Positions 12,768 through 25,318 are shown, counted from the first letter of the whole stretch. The stretch: 63,619 nt of DNA, filler included, from Folioceros fuciformis (GCA_049999805.1; 10 parts of 10 records of this genome joined end to end with filler, not necessarily neighbours in it); one strand, 5' to 3'. Translations and numbers: made by a program. Notes: generated by a model from the sequence alone, not told the origin.

Positions 12768-13544
12768 TGTTAAGCATGATTAATGTTGAGATTAATTCGT
12801 GCTAATCCTGCTTATTGAGTTAGCACTAATTAGTGGTAAGAGTGATTAAGGTTATGATTAATATATATAGCTTATTAGACTTTGTTATGTTAGACAAAAA
12901 GGTATTGTAGGGTTTGGGGTCATTTATCCCATATTGGGCACNNNNNNNNNNNNNNNNNNNNNNNNNNNNNNNNNNNNNNNNNNNNTTAATTAATTAANNN
13001 NNNNNNNNNNNNNNNNNNNNNNNNNNNNNNNNNNNNNNNNNACTTTGTTTCTCGTCTTCCAGAAGCGGCGGCGGCTGACATGCTGCCCGGAAGACGGCTA
13101 GCTCGACTTCTCTAGCGGCTTGTGTCTAGCCGTGGTCTATGGCCGGTTGTGTGTATGGCCGCGAAGCTTTTAGAGCTTGGTGCCTTCTCGTTGGAGCAGG
13201 GATCCAGGTTTGTCAAGCAGATCACAGTCAGCACTCGGAGCTTGGATCTGTCGCAACTTGGATCTGTGCTTTCCTCCACTCCTTTCGTTTTGCGCATCAG
13301 GTTTCCAAGGAGCAGGATTGCCTCGAAAATTTGAATACCAACAACTATTTTAAAGCAGCACGAGTCCCATATATAAACTATACCGTGCAGCACCAAGACT
13401 CCATACATATGGAATACCAATCCGTATATTGTATATGGGTATTCTACTATACAAAATTTATTTATTTTTCTTCTTTCATTGCCACCAATGTGGATTGATT
13501 AGGAACAATGAACATTCTTTTCCAGTCCATTGTAGAGTGGGTAG

Positions 13545-14630
13545 AACTTGCAGATTGGCTTAGTGTGTGCGTACGGCTTACATATTGCCTAAGGAACTTG
13601 CATATTGGCTTGCAAAGTGCATACAACTTACATATTGCCTAAGGAACTTGCATATTGACTTGCAAAGTGCATACAACTTACATATTGCTTAAGGAACTTG
13701 CATATTGGTATGCAAAGTGCATACAACTTACATATTTCCTAAGGGACTTGCAAATTGGCTTGCAAAGTGCACACAACTTACATATTGCCTAAGAAACTTG
13801 TAGATTGGCTTGCAGAGAGTGCGTACAACTTGCATCTTGCCTTGTAGAGTGCGTACAACTTGCATCTTACCTTGCAAAGAGTGCATACAACTTGCATCTT
13901 GCCTTGCAGAGTGTGTACAACTTGCATCTTGCCTTGCAGAGTGCGTACAACTTGCATCCTGCCTTGCAGAGTGCGTACAACTTGCATCGTGCCTTGTAGA
14001 GTGCGTACAACTTGCATCGTACAACTTGCATCGTGCCTTGCAGAGTGCGTACAACTTGCATCGTACAGCTTGCATCGTGCNNNNNNNNNNNNNNNNNNNN
14101 NNNNNNNNNNNNNNNNNNNNNNNNNNNNNNNNNNNNNNNNNNNNNNNNNNNNNNNNNNNNNNNNNNNNNNNNNNNNNNNNGTACAACTTGTATGCTGCCT
14201 TGCAGAGAGTGCGTACAACTTGTATGCTGCCTTGCAGAGAGTGCGTACAACTTGTATGCTGCCTTGCAGAGAGTGCGTACAACTTGTATGCTGCCTTGCA
14301 GAGAGTGCGTACAACTTGTATGCTGCCTTGCAGAGAGTGCGTACAACTTGCATCCTCTTACCTTGCAAAGTGCGTACAACTTGCATCCTGCATCCTGCCT
14401 TGTAGAGTGCTTACAACTTTCATCCTGCATCCTGCCTTGTAGAGTGTGTACAACTTGCATATTGCCTTGTAGAGTGTGTACAACTTGCATATTGCCTTGC
14501 AGAGTGCGTACAACTTGCATATTGCCTTGCAAAGTTCGTACAACTTGCATGTTGCCTCGCAAAGTGAGTACAATTTGCATCTTGGCTTGCAGAGAGTGCT
14601 TACAACTTGCATGTTGCCTTGCGAAATGGG
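13545..14630. repeat. Compound minisatellite: 40-bp units grading into 30/32-bp units
   Basis: Cores tacaacttacatattgcctaaggaacttgcatattggcttgcaaagtgca and gcagagtgcgtacaacttgcatcttgcctt. Confidence 0.9.
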
Positions 14631-16679
14631 TTGTAGATTGTCCAAGCATACTACACTGTGGATTGTCCAAGCATACTACACTGGATTGTCCAAGCACACT
14701 ATATTGCATATGGTCCATGCACAATGCCTTACATATGGCCTGTGCGTGGTCCATGCACAGTGCCTTATGTATGGTTCGTGTGGTCCCTGTAGATTGCCTT
14801 GCAACTTGTTGCATACATTGTCCTACACCTTGCCCCATAAATTGCCCTATAGCTTGTTGTGTAGATTGTCAATTGTTGTGGATGTAACTCTCTCACACAC
14901 CCTTGGTTCGTATTCTGTGCTCTCAAAGCCTACATACCATAATGAGATCGTGTTAGGGAAAAAATATGAGATGTGTTGTGCGATGCATGTCAAAGAGGAA
15001 AAAAAAGTCCTTGTCAGGTGATGGCTAGATTGGGATGCCACACACTGCCAATACAGTCATGTCCATAAGGTTAAGACTAAGGCACCATATGCAACACATG
15101 GCATGCCCATTAGGTTAAGACAAAGGCACTGTATACAACATGCGGCTGTCGGTATCGATATTCCATACCCCAAGATTATAAATGATAACATACATATGTG
15201 AATATGTTGACCATTACTTTAAATTATGACTAGTTGTAGAAATAGATATAAAGTATTATAGCTAGGCAAAAGGTTATGTCTATTCATTAGGGTTACAACC
15301 TTAGGTAAATAATTATATCATTTAGGCTTAGTTATACAAATGAAGCCTCTTTTGCATAATTTCATTTATGATTATCTTATAATCAANNNNNNNNNNTTCT
15401 TAATGATTAATTGGTTTGCATAATAGGTTATGTAGACCACTTTATTTGTTAGACCTAGCCAACCTGCAAGTCAAGCTATCTTATGTGGACACTTTGAAGA
15501 ACATCCTTGATCTTCTCACTAAGAGATTTCTCAAGGCTTAACATTAGAACCTTGCTACAACCATGGGCCTACATAACATACCTTGACTGCAAATTCAATT
15601 AAGGGATTTACAAGCTACTCCTCTTGGCCATAACATTAAATAAACAAGGCAGAATAACATATTAATCTTATCTATCACATTAGCATTAAGGGTTGAGGCA
15701 ACTACTTGCAGGAACACACAATAGGGCCCTAGCGCAGAGTTTGCAAAAATGAATAATGCATTGTGTGTCAACAAAGAGGACATAAAAGGGTGGCATGTTC
15801 ATCCTAACCGTGAGTAATTGCATTTTATCTAAATTTTTATTATTATCGACTTATTAATAACTAAGCCTAATAACCATTATGTTATGTACTGTTTAGGTTG
15901 ACCTTAAAAATAGCTATTCCAGTACTCCACCTCAGACCTAGCTGCCATAACTAGCTACGTTATCCAGTTGTGACGGCCCCAGCACTGGAGATTGAAACTC
16001 CTCAGCTCTTTTGCTATGGGCCATCCTCTGTTGCTGATAGTCGCCCATGCGCTAGAGGTCATCTTAGCAGCATTCATCATGGAACAAGTTGTGCGCCAAA
16101 CGATCGTATTCCGCCAAATCGGGCTTTGGGTGATTTTCTACATTATTTTTCGTGGCACCTATCCATGATTCATACTATTTGGTGTAGAAGACCCCCAAAT
16201 ATACGGAACAATGGTCGCGACGAACTTTGTATTCATCATGTTTACCCAGAAACTAGGCAAAATTGCGGGTTGCCAGCAGTAAAATTCCTTGATACTATCC
16301 AGTTCCACGGTTGGTCTGACACTACCGACTGCATCTAGACAAGACGATAATTTTTGAAATCAAAATTAGTAGAAATTAGAAAATGTTAAGGGTTTTTCAA
16401 TATCGACCTTTTACACATAGACGGAAGGAGTGCGCCGGTCTACCCGCGCACTCCTTCAAGAAGTGCGCTGAGTAGCTAGTGAACACCCAGATCGGGTCTG
16501 GGGAAAATGCAACACAACTATTCAAAATGGTTCGACGATAGGCTGGCGCATACATAGGCCGAGTTTGCCGCTCTATATGTGCACCCCCACAAGGGTAGTT
16601 ATGAATAGCCAACCACAGCTCTATGCAAACAGTGTTCATATATATGAAGTGTGGTATACATGAAAGTACTTAACCAGTA

Positions 16680-17490
16680 TAGTCTAAGTTTCTGCAAGTT
16701 GGTCGTCGATTTCATCTAGACGATTTTCTTGATCCCGCTTAAGCACATACAAGTTCTTTCTAATAAGGTTTCGAGTGCGAGCGTGCAGCTGTTTTTGACG
16801 AGTCAACTCAAATCCATACGCTAAAACAAAAGTGTTCGCGATAGATATTGTGTCAATATGCTTCCGAAGTCTTCTGCTTGGCCGTCACTTACGTCCTCGT
16901 CTAGAACCCATAGGAGGTTCTTCATTTGGCAATATCACCTCCTCTTGATATCGTCCTTCAAATGCATTTGAATATTTCGTGACCCACCAATGGACTGTGA
17001 TACTGTGAGTGTCATTTTTCTTCTGTGTGTCCAAAAATTTGGCGATCCAAAAAGGCCTGTTGTCTTCGTCTATCTCGCATGGGACAACAATCATGTGCCC
17101 TGCTTCTATCTCTGATACATCTCCACTGAAGTTGTCAACATCGTCGCGAACGTGTGCGTCTCTTCTATACGAACCCTCATACATATCTCTTCTAGGAACT
17201 TCTCGTATCCGTGGGTTTTCCAAAACCATAGCATCTGGCACGAGTGACAGGGTATTCAACAACTCGGCCTCGTCGAGATTATACCATCGCCATGGCCACA
17301 AAAGGTCTTGCTCCACACCCGAATTTATTATTTGAATGATGGCCTCTTGCTCTGCCCAAAATGAATCCCACCAGATGTCCTCGCCCAGACCTAAGTGCTG
17401 CCATAATTTGCACTCCAATCTTGACCAAATCTGCGACAGATTAAATCCTGGCACATCGTCAATAATAGTCTTCTGTTTCTACTCCTCACC
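16680..17490 (-). pseudogene. C-terminal part of a putative DNA-transposon protein, interrupted by an LTR
   Basis: GHMIVVPCEIDEDNRPFWIAK...VHWW...AFEGRY; reads on past the stop at 16885 as ...IDTISIANTFVLAYGFELTRQKQLHARTRNLI. The 22-bp palindrome lies downstream at about 16430. Family assignment is inference. Confidence 0.5.
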
Positions 17491-17491
17491 T

Positions 17492-18144
17492 TGTGGAGGC
17501 AAAACCTCGGGCACTAATTGCCGACGGGTTCCACCTTTAGTTGCCACACTTATCCAACTGTCGTTGAGACATTGGGTTTCGTTCCCACGAAGGAGGGATG
17601 GGGTTCCTTGCTGCTGTGGATGGAGGGTTGAACTTGATCGACTCGATGATGGATTCGAGGGCTCCCCTCCAACTTTGATCAGGCATAGGACAGGCCTCGC
17701 TGTCCGGCGGTCAGCTGCACCTCTCTCGGTGCCCACAAACTCACTCCAGTCACTACAACGACTCTAACCTCTTAGATCTGCGACTTCCCTCACTCACTTC
17801 ACTCACTCTCTGACTCCAGCACCAACACCAGCAACTACCAACAACTAGCAGCGACACCACTACCTTCTACACTTCCCTACTAACTCCTCCTACCCGGCAA
17901 GAGTCACTAGACTAACCCCAAAGAAAAGAAAGAAGGGAACACACTCCCCTCTTGGATATCTCCTCCCCACAACCTTACCAGACGCCATAAGACATGGCCG
18001 GCCTACAGCACTTGTCCAAGCAAGGAACAAGAGTGGATAGGTCCAGAAAAAGACACATCCTTTACAATCAAGAGCTAGGGGCAAGCCCCTTCACCCTGGT
18101 CATTACACCTCGTGATCCTACCAGACACTATACAACCGGCAACA
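17492..18144 (+). mobile_element. LTR family B segment (starts TGTGGAGGCAAAACC)
   Basis: Highly similar copies at 31836-32459 (reverse) and 52073-52800. Confidence 0.8.
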
Positions 18145-18244
18145 NNNNNNNNNNNNNNNNNNNNNNNNNNNNNNNNNNNNNNNNNNNNTTAATTAATTAA
18201 NNNNNNNNNNNNNNNNNNNNNNNNNNNNNNNNNNNNNNNNNNNN

Positions 18245-19989
18245 AAAGAATCCATCTCATCCAACATGCTTTCAGGATGGCTTTGAAGTGCACAACGTTT
18301 GAGGAAGCTGAAGTGTTGTATCCCAAGCATACGGAAGACGCACATCTACTCAGATTCCAAACCGCATTCGCAAAAGTGGTAAGCTTGCTTTTAGATCCCT
18401 CAGGTGTTTTCAGCATGCTGGTTGGAGTGCGCCGGTCTACCGGCGCACTACAGCCAGACCTCCACTCTTCTGCAATGTACATCGTTTTGCGAACAAAATG
18501 GCTGGAGTGCGCCGGTCTACCAGCACACTCCAGCCATTTTTCCGCAATAGTTACACACTGCGGAAGGGGTGCGCCAGTAGACTGACGCACTCCAGCTTTT
18601 CTCTCCGGATTGGGTCCCCGTTTTCCATCAATTTCTATGAAAGTGGCTAGAGTGCGCCGGTCTACTGACGCAATCCAGCCACGAGAAGAGTTTATCTCTT
18701 TAGGGTTTAGGATCAACGTAGTTCTCGATTTATGATTGTGCTTGTGGTGTGGTTGTTTTGACCAAACTGTTTGTTGGCAGAAACCCACGGACGACAACAA
18801 CCTTGAATCATTGCCGAAGCCTTTCCAAGATTATGTCTATTCAGCGAGAAATTGGAAGTGCATGGAAGAGGAAAAGCAGAAACTCACTGACACATATATG
18901 GATGCAGGATTATCAGAGTTTAGGGTCCCAAGCAGCAACTAGAAGACTAAGTATCAAGTAATCCAGCGAAACGTTTTGGAGATGAACGCATTTTTGGTAA
19001 AACGACCTTATACTCTGTTATTCGTTGATTTGCCTCACAGAATGCAACGCCATGAATTCAATAGGGTGCTAACAAGCGAAGAGCTTGAAGATATGATCAG
19101 AGGGTTTTCAGAATGCACGAGCAGTAATGTTTATAGGATGGTCCTCATACATGGCATGGACCTCATTACACAAGCTAGGGAAGCACTTCGGCCATGGTGT
19201 AAGAAGGGAACCATACAGACATTAGTATGGGAGAAGACCAAAATTCCTCCCAATGCAGGGGCAGTTGAGACTGTGGAATATTTAATTGTTGGAAGTGCAA
19301 TTCACTCTGAAGCTCAGGCCACAAAAGCTGCATTATTCGCGAATTAGGGAGTGGATTTCTTTTGCCGAGAGTTATAAGGCATGGAGCTGTGGTAAAGAAA
19401 CATCTGTTCCACTCAGCAGACTCTATGGTCATCTCGCTGTATCAAAAGCCCCTTGGGTTAATGGGTATGTAGCTCAATATGATTTCGACTGAAGGAGACT
19501 AGGTAGTGGATGCATGCGCAAGATCTGGGTCATTCCTTTAGGCTGCGATTCATTAGGAAGGCATGTTGTCGCAATAGACATTGATATACGATGCACGACT
19601 TATATTATGCAACGAGTGAATGGTGAAGGGTCTTTGCCAGATGCTGATGTGGAGATCAGCATAGAGCACTTCTCGCATGGCCCACGAAGTTTTGGGCCAA
19701 AGAAGTTTGCGCGGACAATAGCGTGGATCGTCGTATGCAAGTATTCAGTTTGCTGGGGGAAAAAGGAGAGATATTTTCTCAATCGGATGATAAACCAATG
19801 GAAGATCTTTACGCGATGATGATATGGGATGAGAATGGCACACTTCCGCCTCAGACTATGGACGACCCATATTTTTCTGTCCTGGACATGGAGGGAGATG
19901 ACTTTGGGGACACAGAGGGCCAGTGCCTAAAAGATGTAGATATAGTTGTCGATTCCGAGGCCAACCAAGACGTTCATGTTTTGGTGTAG
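18245..19989 (+). pseudogene. Beta-class DNA amino-methyltransferase (N6-A/N4-C fold) fusion gene, copy 1, disabled
   Basis: Exon to 18378, GT-AG intron 18379-18780, then YQVIQRNVLEM...LLFVDLPH (motif IV-like, 19027-19038)...LVWEK...VEYLIVG...YQKPLGLM...GD*VVDACARSGS...GRHVVAIDID. Several stops and frameshifts. Confidence 0.75.
18427..18673. repeat. Four copies of palindrome GTGCGCCGGTCTACCGGCGCAC within the intron
   Basis: Copies at 18427, 18507, 18569 and 18652. Further copies at about 16430, 20113 and 56635. Confidence 0.9.
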
Positions 19990-20749
19990 AGGTGATTTGG
20001 AGAGTAGCTGAAGTTCGTGGTACATTATGCGTATATTTAAATTTTTCTGTTAAACTCTTTAAATTCATGGCATGTAGATAGCCAACTTCCTGTCACCCAA
20101 ACATATTGTTGAGTGCGCCAGTAGACCGGCGCACCCGAAGTACAATTCGTTTTTTTCTGGAAATTTTTACAGTTCTAATGACTTATGTACCAGTTGGTTG
20201 TGGGCTGCAAGCAAATTTGTGGAGATGGATGGTGTCCACCACACGTCAAAATAAGTGATTTTTTTTAAAAAGGGCTTAAATGTGGATATGTGACTAGGAT
20301 GGTGTAAATTCAAATGTGCACCAAACGGGCTTCATAGAATACGACCGTTAGGCGCAGAACTTGTTCGGAGGCTTTTTTTCAGTTGGCACCGAATGGAACA
20401 ACCTCCAAAGTTTAGGAACTGGGGATGGAAGGTGTTGGACCGGAAGGGGGGNNNNNNNNNNNNNNNNNNNNNNNNNNNNNNNNNNNNNNNNNNNNNNNNN
20501 NNNNNNNNNNNNNNNNNNNNNNNNNNNNNNNNNNNNNNNNNNNNNNNNNNNGGGGTCGGAATTTTCCGATGACGTGGAAAGGGACAGAGGAGAGGAAACG
20601 CAAGGGCTGTCTCTCGTAGCAAGGCTTCAAATTGTCGGAATCCCCAGCCCCCGGTTTGACAGAATCGGTCGTTTGGTGTCTAGGGCCAATTTGGAGGCCA
20701 GGCACCTCCCCGTAAATGACTCGGCACAAGCTACTTTACAATCAGCACA

Positions 20750-21953
20750 GCTGATTTACATGGAACAACCCGAAGGGTTTATAGATCCTAAAACAAAGGA
20801 CTTAGTTTGTAGACTCTTAAGGTGTATATATGGACTAAAACAATCTCCTTTGAAAGTGGTATGTTGATATTGATGGTACCCTTATCGAGATTGGCTTTGT
20901 TTGTTGTAATTCTGATGAGAATGTATATTTCCTCCGCAAAGATGGAAAGCTGGTTATTGTTGTTGTATATTTGAACGACATCATAATTGCTACTAATAGC
21001 GAGGAGTTATTATCAAAAGTGAAGACCACTCTCAATTCCAAGTACAAGATGAAGCACATTGAAGGATTCTTACCTAGTGTCTTGGAGTTCAAATTGGTAG
21101 GAATAGGGCAGATGGTACTCTTAGTATTTATCAAACCAAATATGTTAAAGAGCTTCTTAATCGTTTCAAGCTTGAGGCAACTCGTCCTGCAGCCACTCCA
21201 CTTGCAGCTGGACAAGTCTTATCTACTCAGGATAGCCCACCCACAGAGGAGGAACACGAGAGGATGCTTCACACACCTTATAGGGAGACAGTAGGATGCT
21301 TACTTTTCCTTAGTGATTGGACTCGTCCTGATATCACTCATGCTGTTGTATCGCAATTTCTTTCTAATCGGGTTTAGCTCATTGGGTTGCTATAAAACGC
21401 ATCTATCGTTATCTGTCTAGGACCCTTCATTTAGGACTTCAATATAAGCGATCAGGAACAGGAAGACTATTACTTGAGGGTTGGTCTAATGCTGATTGGG
21501 CAGCAGATCCAATGACAAGGAAAAGCCTATCTAGCTATTGTTTTACCTTGTGTGGTGCTATAGTTTCATGGACATGCAAGAAGCAACAAAGTGCCTCTTA
21601 GCTCAACAAAGAGTGAGTATGCTTCATTAACACTTGCTGGCAAGGAAGTTGTAGCTGGAAGGTCCTTATTAGCGGAGATGGATCAAGCTCATGACTCACC
21701 TACCTTGTTGCATTGCGACAATATGTTGGCAATAGCTTTAACCAAGGATGCCAAGTACCATGCTCAGACTAAGCATATAGGCGTTTATCATCATTTTATT
21801 AGACAACTAGATTCCGGGCATCATGTAACTATTGAATACATCCCAACAGAGGAGAACCTGGCAGATATATTTACAAAAGGTTTATCCAATGCCAAGCACC
21901 AGTATTTCTCTTTTGCTTTAGGCCTTGAGGACTTATCAAATGGTTCTTCTTAA
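20750..21953 (+). mobile_element. Ty1/Copia RT-RNase H remnant
   Basis: IYMEQPEGF...YGLKQSP, VYLNDII, TRPDI, ADWA, SSTKSEY, TKHIGVYHHFIR, ENLADIFTKGL. Confidence 0.92.
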
Positions 21954-22721
21954 GTGGGAGCTCCTCTGCACATACGCTAACTTCCTATACATTTATGTTT
22001 TTATCAAGAGTGAATTGGACGTGTTAGCTTGCTTCAAACGTGAATAGGAGTGTAGAGGTTATGGCTATTAGAGCCCTAGTTAGGGCACGTTTAAATATTA
22101 TACTTTACTGATTACTTAAGTTACTGTGATATGAATAGGCATCTTAGATTCAGTTTTTATAACTACTTTTATATGCTCTTCAAACATTGTCTTTGTTTAC
22201 TTTTTAATATATACACTTTTGTTCTAAGCTCCAGTGAAATCCATGCGCCTTCACACGTGCTTCAGCAGATACCGCCCCCACGTGAAAGCTATGTGACCCT
22301 CCTAGCTGTCCCTTAGCAAGTAGGTTCCTTGCATGTGTTCATGTCTTGGCCGCTACGGGGCGTTTAGACATGGCCTGGGACCGGAAGCGTAAGATTGCCA
22401 TGTTCCGATCCGCATGAAGAGAGNNNNNNNNNNTGCCATGTTCCGATCCGCATGAAGAGAGCGCCAGGCCGTACCTGATGTAGTCTTCTTCTTATGCGCG
22501 GAAGCCTGGAACAGTGGAGGATGATACAATAGTATAAGCCTGCACAGCAGCTGGGTGTACATACTTGCCGTTGACAAAGTTGACCCGGTAGCACCAATTC
22601 CCAGCCCATCAGCTTTCCCTGGTGCATATATAGGTACGGGCATAGACTGCAGGAGCCACACCGGTGCCCAGAGCCCAGAGCCCAGCAGCACCAACGATCA
22701 GCACCAACGTTCAGCGCAGCC

Positions 22722-23549
22722 GTGATGGCTTCCTCCTCGGCCTGGTCGCTCCAGTGTGTGCTTGTTGCTCTGCTTCTTTGCGTCGTGTCCAGTGAGGCGG
22801 GGGATGGGCACTCTCGGCCTCCAACTGTGAAATTCAGTGTCACCAAGTGGAAGGCCAAGTCGGGCATCACGCTGAGCGAGAGTGCGGCCTTCGCGGGCAA
22901 CGGCTCCTACGTGACCCTGTTGGGCAAGACCTCCAGCCAGAACAGCGCGGGAGGTGTGTTCCGAACCAAGTCCGTCTCCTTCGTCGACCCCCACACCAAG
23001 AAGGCCGCCTCCTTCAGCACCCGCTTCACGTTCGCCATCACTCCGGACAAGCGAAATACCATTGGCGACGGGCTGGCGTTTGTGATCAAGCCCACGCGCG
23101 CTGCCGCCGTGTCCGATCTTGGGGAGTACTTGGGGATCTTCGACCCCAACGCTCACTCCAACGGGGACCCCGCTATCAAGACGGTTGCGGTGGAGATCGA
23201 CACCTTCCAGAACACGGATTTCGACGACCCCCCAGTTCCCCACTTCGGCCTGGATGTCAACAGCATCGTGTCCGTTGCCACGGCTACCGGCGACAGCCTC
23301 GTCGTCGAGACTGACGATCCGCACAAGGTGACCGTGTGGGTGGATTACGACGCCAAGAAGCACGTCTTGACTGTGTCTGCGGCTAAGGCGCCCGCCAAGA
23401 AATCTCATGCAACGCGTCTCATCTCCTACAAGTCTCTCGATTTGGCAAGCATCATCAAGCCGAGGTCGTATGTGGGATTCACGGCTGGCAGTGGGTTCGC
23501 CACGGAAAACAATTTCGTCTACTCGTGGTCATTCAAGACGTTCTTCTGA
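22722..23549 (+). CDS. Secreted legume-type (L-type) lectin, intronless, no kinase domain
   Basis: 275-aa ORF with signal peptide, SFSTRFTFAI, GDGLAFVI, VAVEIDTFQN.DFDDP...HFGLDVNSIVS, VWVDYD, YVGFTAGSG, SWSF. Confidence 0.93.
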   Translation: MMASSSAWSLQCVLVALLLCVVSSEAGDGHSRPPTVKFSVTKWKAKSGITLSESAAFAGNGSYVTLLGKTSSQNSAGGVFRTKSVSFVDPHTKKAASFSTRFTFAITPDKRNTIGDGLAFVIKPTRAAAVSDLGEYLGIFDPNAHSNGDPAIKTVAVEIDTFQNTDFDDPPVPHFGLDVNSIVSVATATGDSLVVETDDPHKVTVWVDYDAKKHVLTVSAAKAPAKKSHATRLISYKSLDLASIIKPRSYVGFTAGSGFATENNFVYSWSFKTFF

Positions 23550-25165
23550 GCGTGACATCCCTTCTTTCCGTCCTGTGTGATGTGATGTGGTGTTGTGTGC
23601 GATGCAAGCCAATGGTAGGCTTGTGTTGTGTGCGATGCAAGCCAATATGTAGTAGGCTTGCCATGTTACAAACGGACAGTCACTGTCCGAAGTACAAAGC
23701 ACGCGCCCAGATTGCGCTCCAGAGAAATAGATTTCCTCGCTGATTATGTACTACCGGAGCAAAGTGTGCAGTTTCCTGGCAAGCAATCCCTGCAAGTCCG
23801 CAATCCCGTCCATTTGTGGGTGGGATTCACTACAATTCCCCGGCCTCGCTCTGATTCCCATCGCTAACAGTGCAGAGCATATTATGCACATATCTGTGCA
23901 CGATCCATTCCATTGTGAGAATTCTGAAGGAGCCAGTGCCCCGTGTGCACGCCACGGAATGCTGCATTTTCAAGAAGTGGGTAGATGAGTGAACGTGATC
24001 ATGAATGTTGTTCACGCATCAGCGCCTCGCCTCGTCGCGTCATGTAAAAAGCTATCAGATGAATCATATTTCTACGACAACATCTCGTGATCATTACAGG
24101 CTAGGCTTGCATCTGTACTGCACGGGCTCGCCACCGCGTCGTCGTCCAAGGGTCGATTTTAAAGCAGGGGAGGCACATCGTCCGCCCTCCGTGGAGGCGA
24201 CCACCAATGTTGTTCACAACTGGAGGAGCCAACAACGGTCTTCAACAACACAACATGATCCTCTAGAGGGCTCATTGCCTGAAACCACGTGCTACCAGCC
24301 AATGGAGGCGCAAGCCCTCCAAGACGAGCATTTCCACACATCCTTTCCGACCGCATGCCATGGGCGAGCCACACAAGCAGCCTACATACATCGAACTCTA
24401 CACTGGAGGCCTGCCGGCCCCACCCCCAGCACTCCTCCCCACCTAGACAACTGAACGTGGCGTGGCCCATAGTCTTGTCGCTTACCAAGCTTCCTTCTGT
24501 CCTGTTCGGCCACGGCGTCGGATGAGCACTTGAGGTTGCACCTGAGGAAGGCGTCTTATCACGTACCTGTAGCCAAACCTGTGGAATGAATGCTCACTGC
24601 CCACAGAGCAAGGCTGCACCCCTTTCTCAAATATTTCACTCATCATGCAGAGTCATCATGCCTACAGGAATCTGGGGATTGGTTGTCGGTGCACTGTGAG
24701 GTGTGGAAGTTTTTCGGCATCCCTCTGTGATCTGGCACCTTCGAGCAAATGTGTCCGGCGTGGGGAAGAACATGAACAACTTTTAAAAGCCAACAAATCA
24801 TATTCATGTGTACATCTCCACAGCCAATTTTGGCATGCAACGTAAGATTCTAGGAAAATTCCCTCGAATCAAGGACTCACAAATAATGAAGGGCCTGGCC
24901 CTTCATTACACCTCTTGTCCAGCACCGGTTGTGATAATCCATACAGCTACCATAATTGTATCGATTTTCTCGGTTGCTCCACCTCAAAATCCAAGTGGCG
25001 ACTAAATCCAAGTGGCGACTAATGGGAACTTCACATCTACCGAGTCAAGTTCCCATCTACCAAGTCTTCAAATATGCTAAAACAAAATGGCAAAAAAATG
25101 CAGATTTGGCAACCTCTCAAATCCCCCTTAGCTCAATCTTTGTTCTCCATAAACGTACTACAAAA

Positions 25166-25318
25166 ATGGCACTAAGATAGACTAATTAGTGCTTTAGCTT
25201 CTCATGAATCTAGCATATGGCACTAAGATAGGCTGATTAGTGCTTTAGCTTCTCATGAATCTAGCATATGGAACTAAGATAGACCAATTAGTGCTTTAGC
25301 TTCTCATGAATCTAGCAT
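25166..25318. repeat. 51-bp tandem repeat x3
   Basis: Unit atggcactaagatagactaattagtgctttagcttctcatgaatctagcat. Confidence 0.9.

Noticed and set aside
11942-12783. Repeat-protein ORFs on both strands
   Set aside because: A by-product of a 63-bp unit without stops.
13728-14887. Long Cys-rich ORFs
   Set aside because: Translations of a minisatellite in several overlapping frames.
22395-22462. Direct duplications flanking 10-N gaps (also 60754-60858)
   Set aside because: Likely overlap or collapse artefacts at assembly gaps.
22698-23408. 236-aa antisense ORF
   Set aside because: Shadow of the GC3-rich lectin gene.
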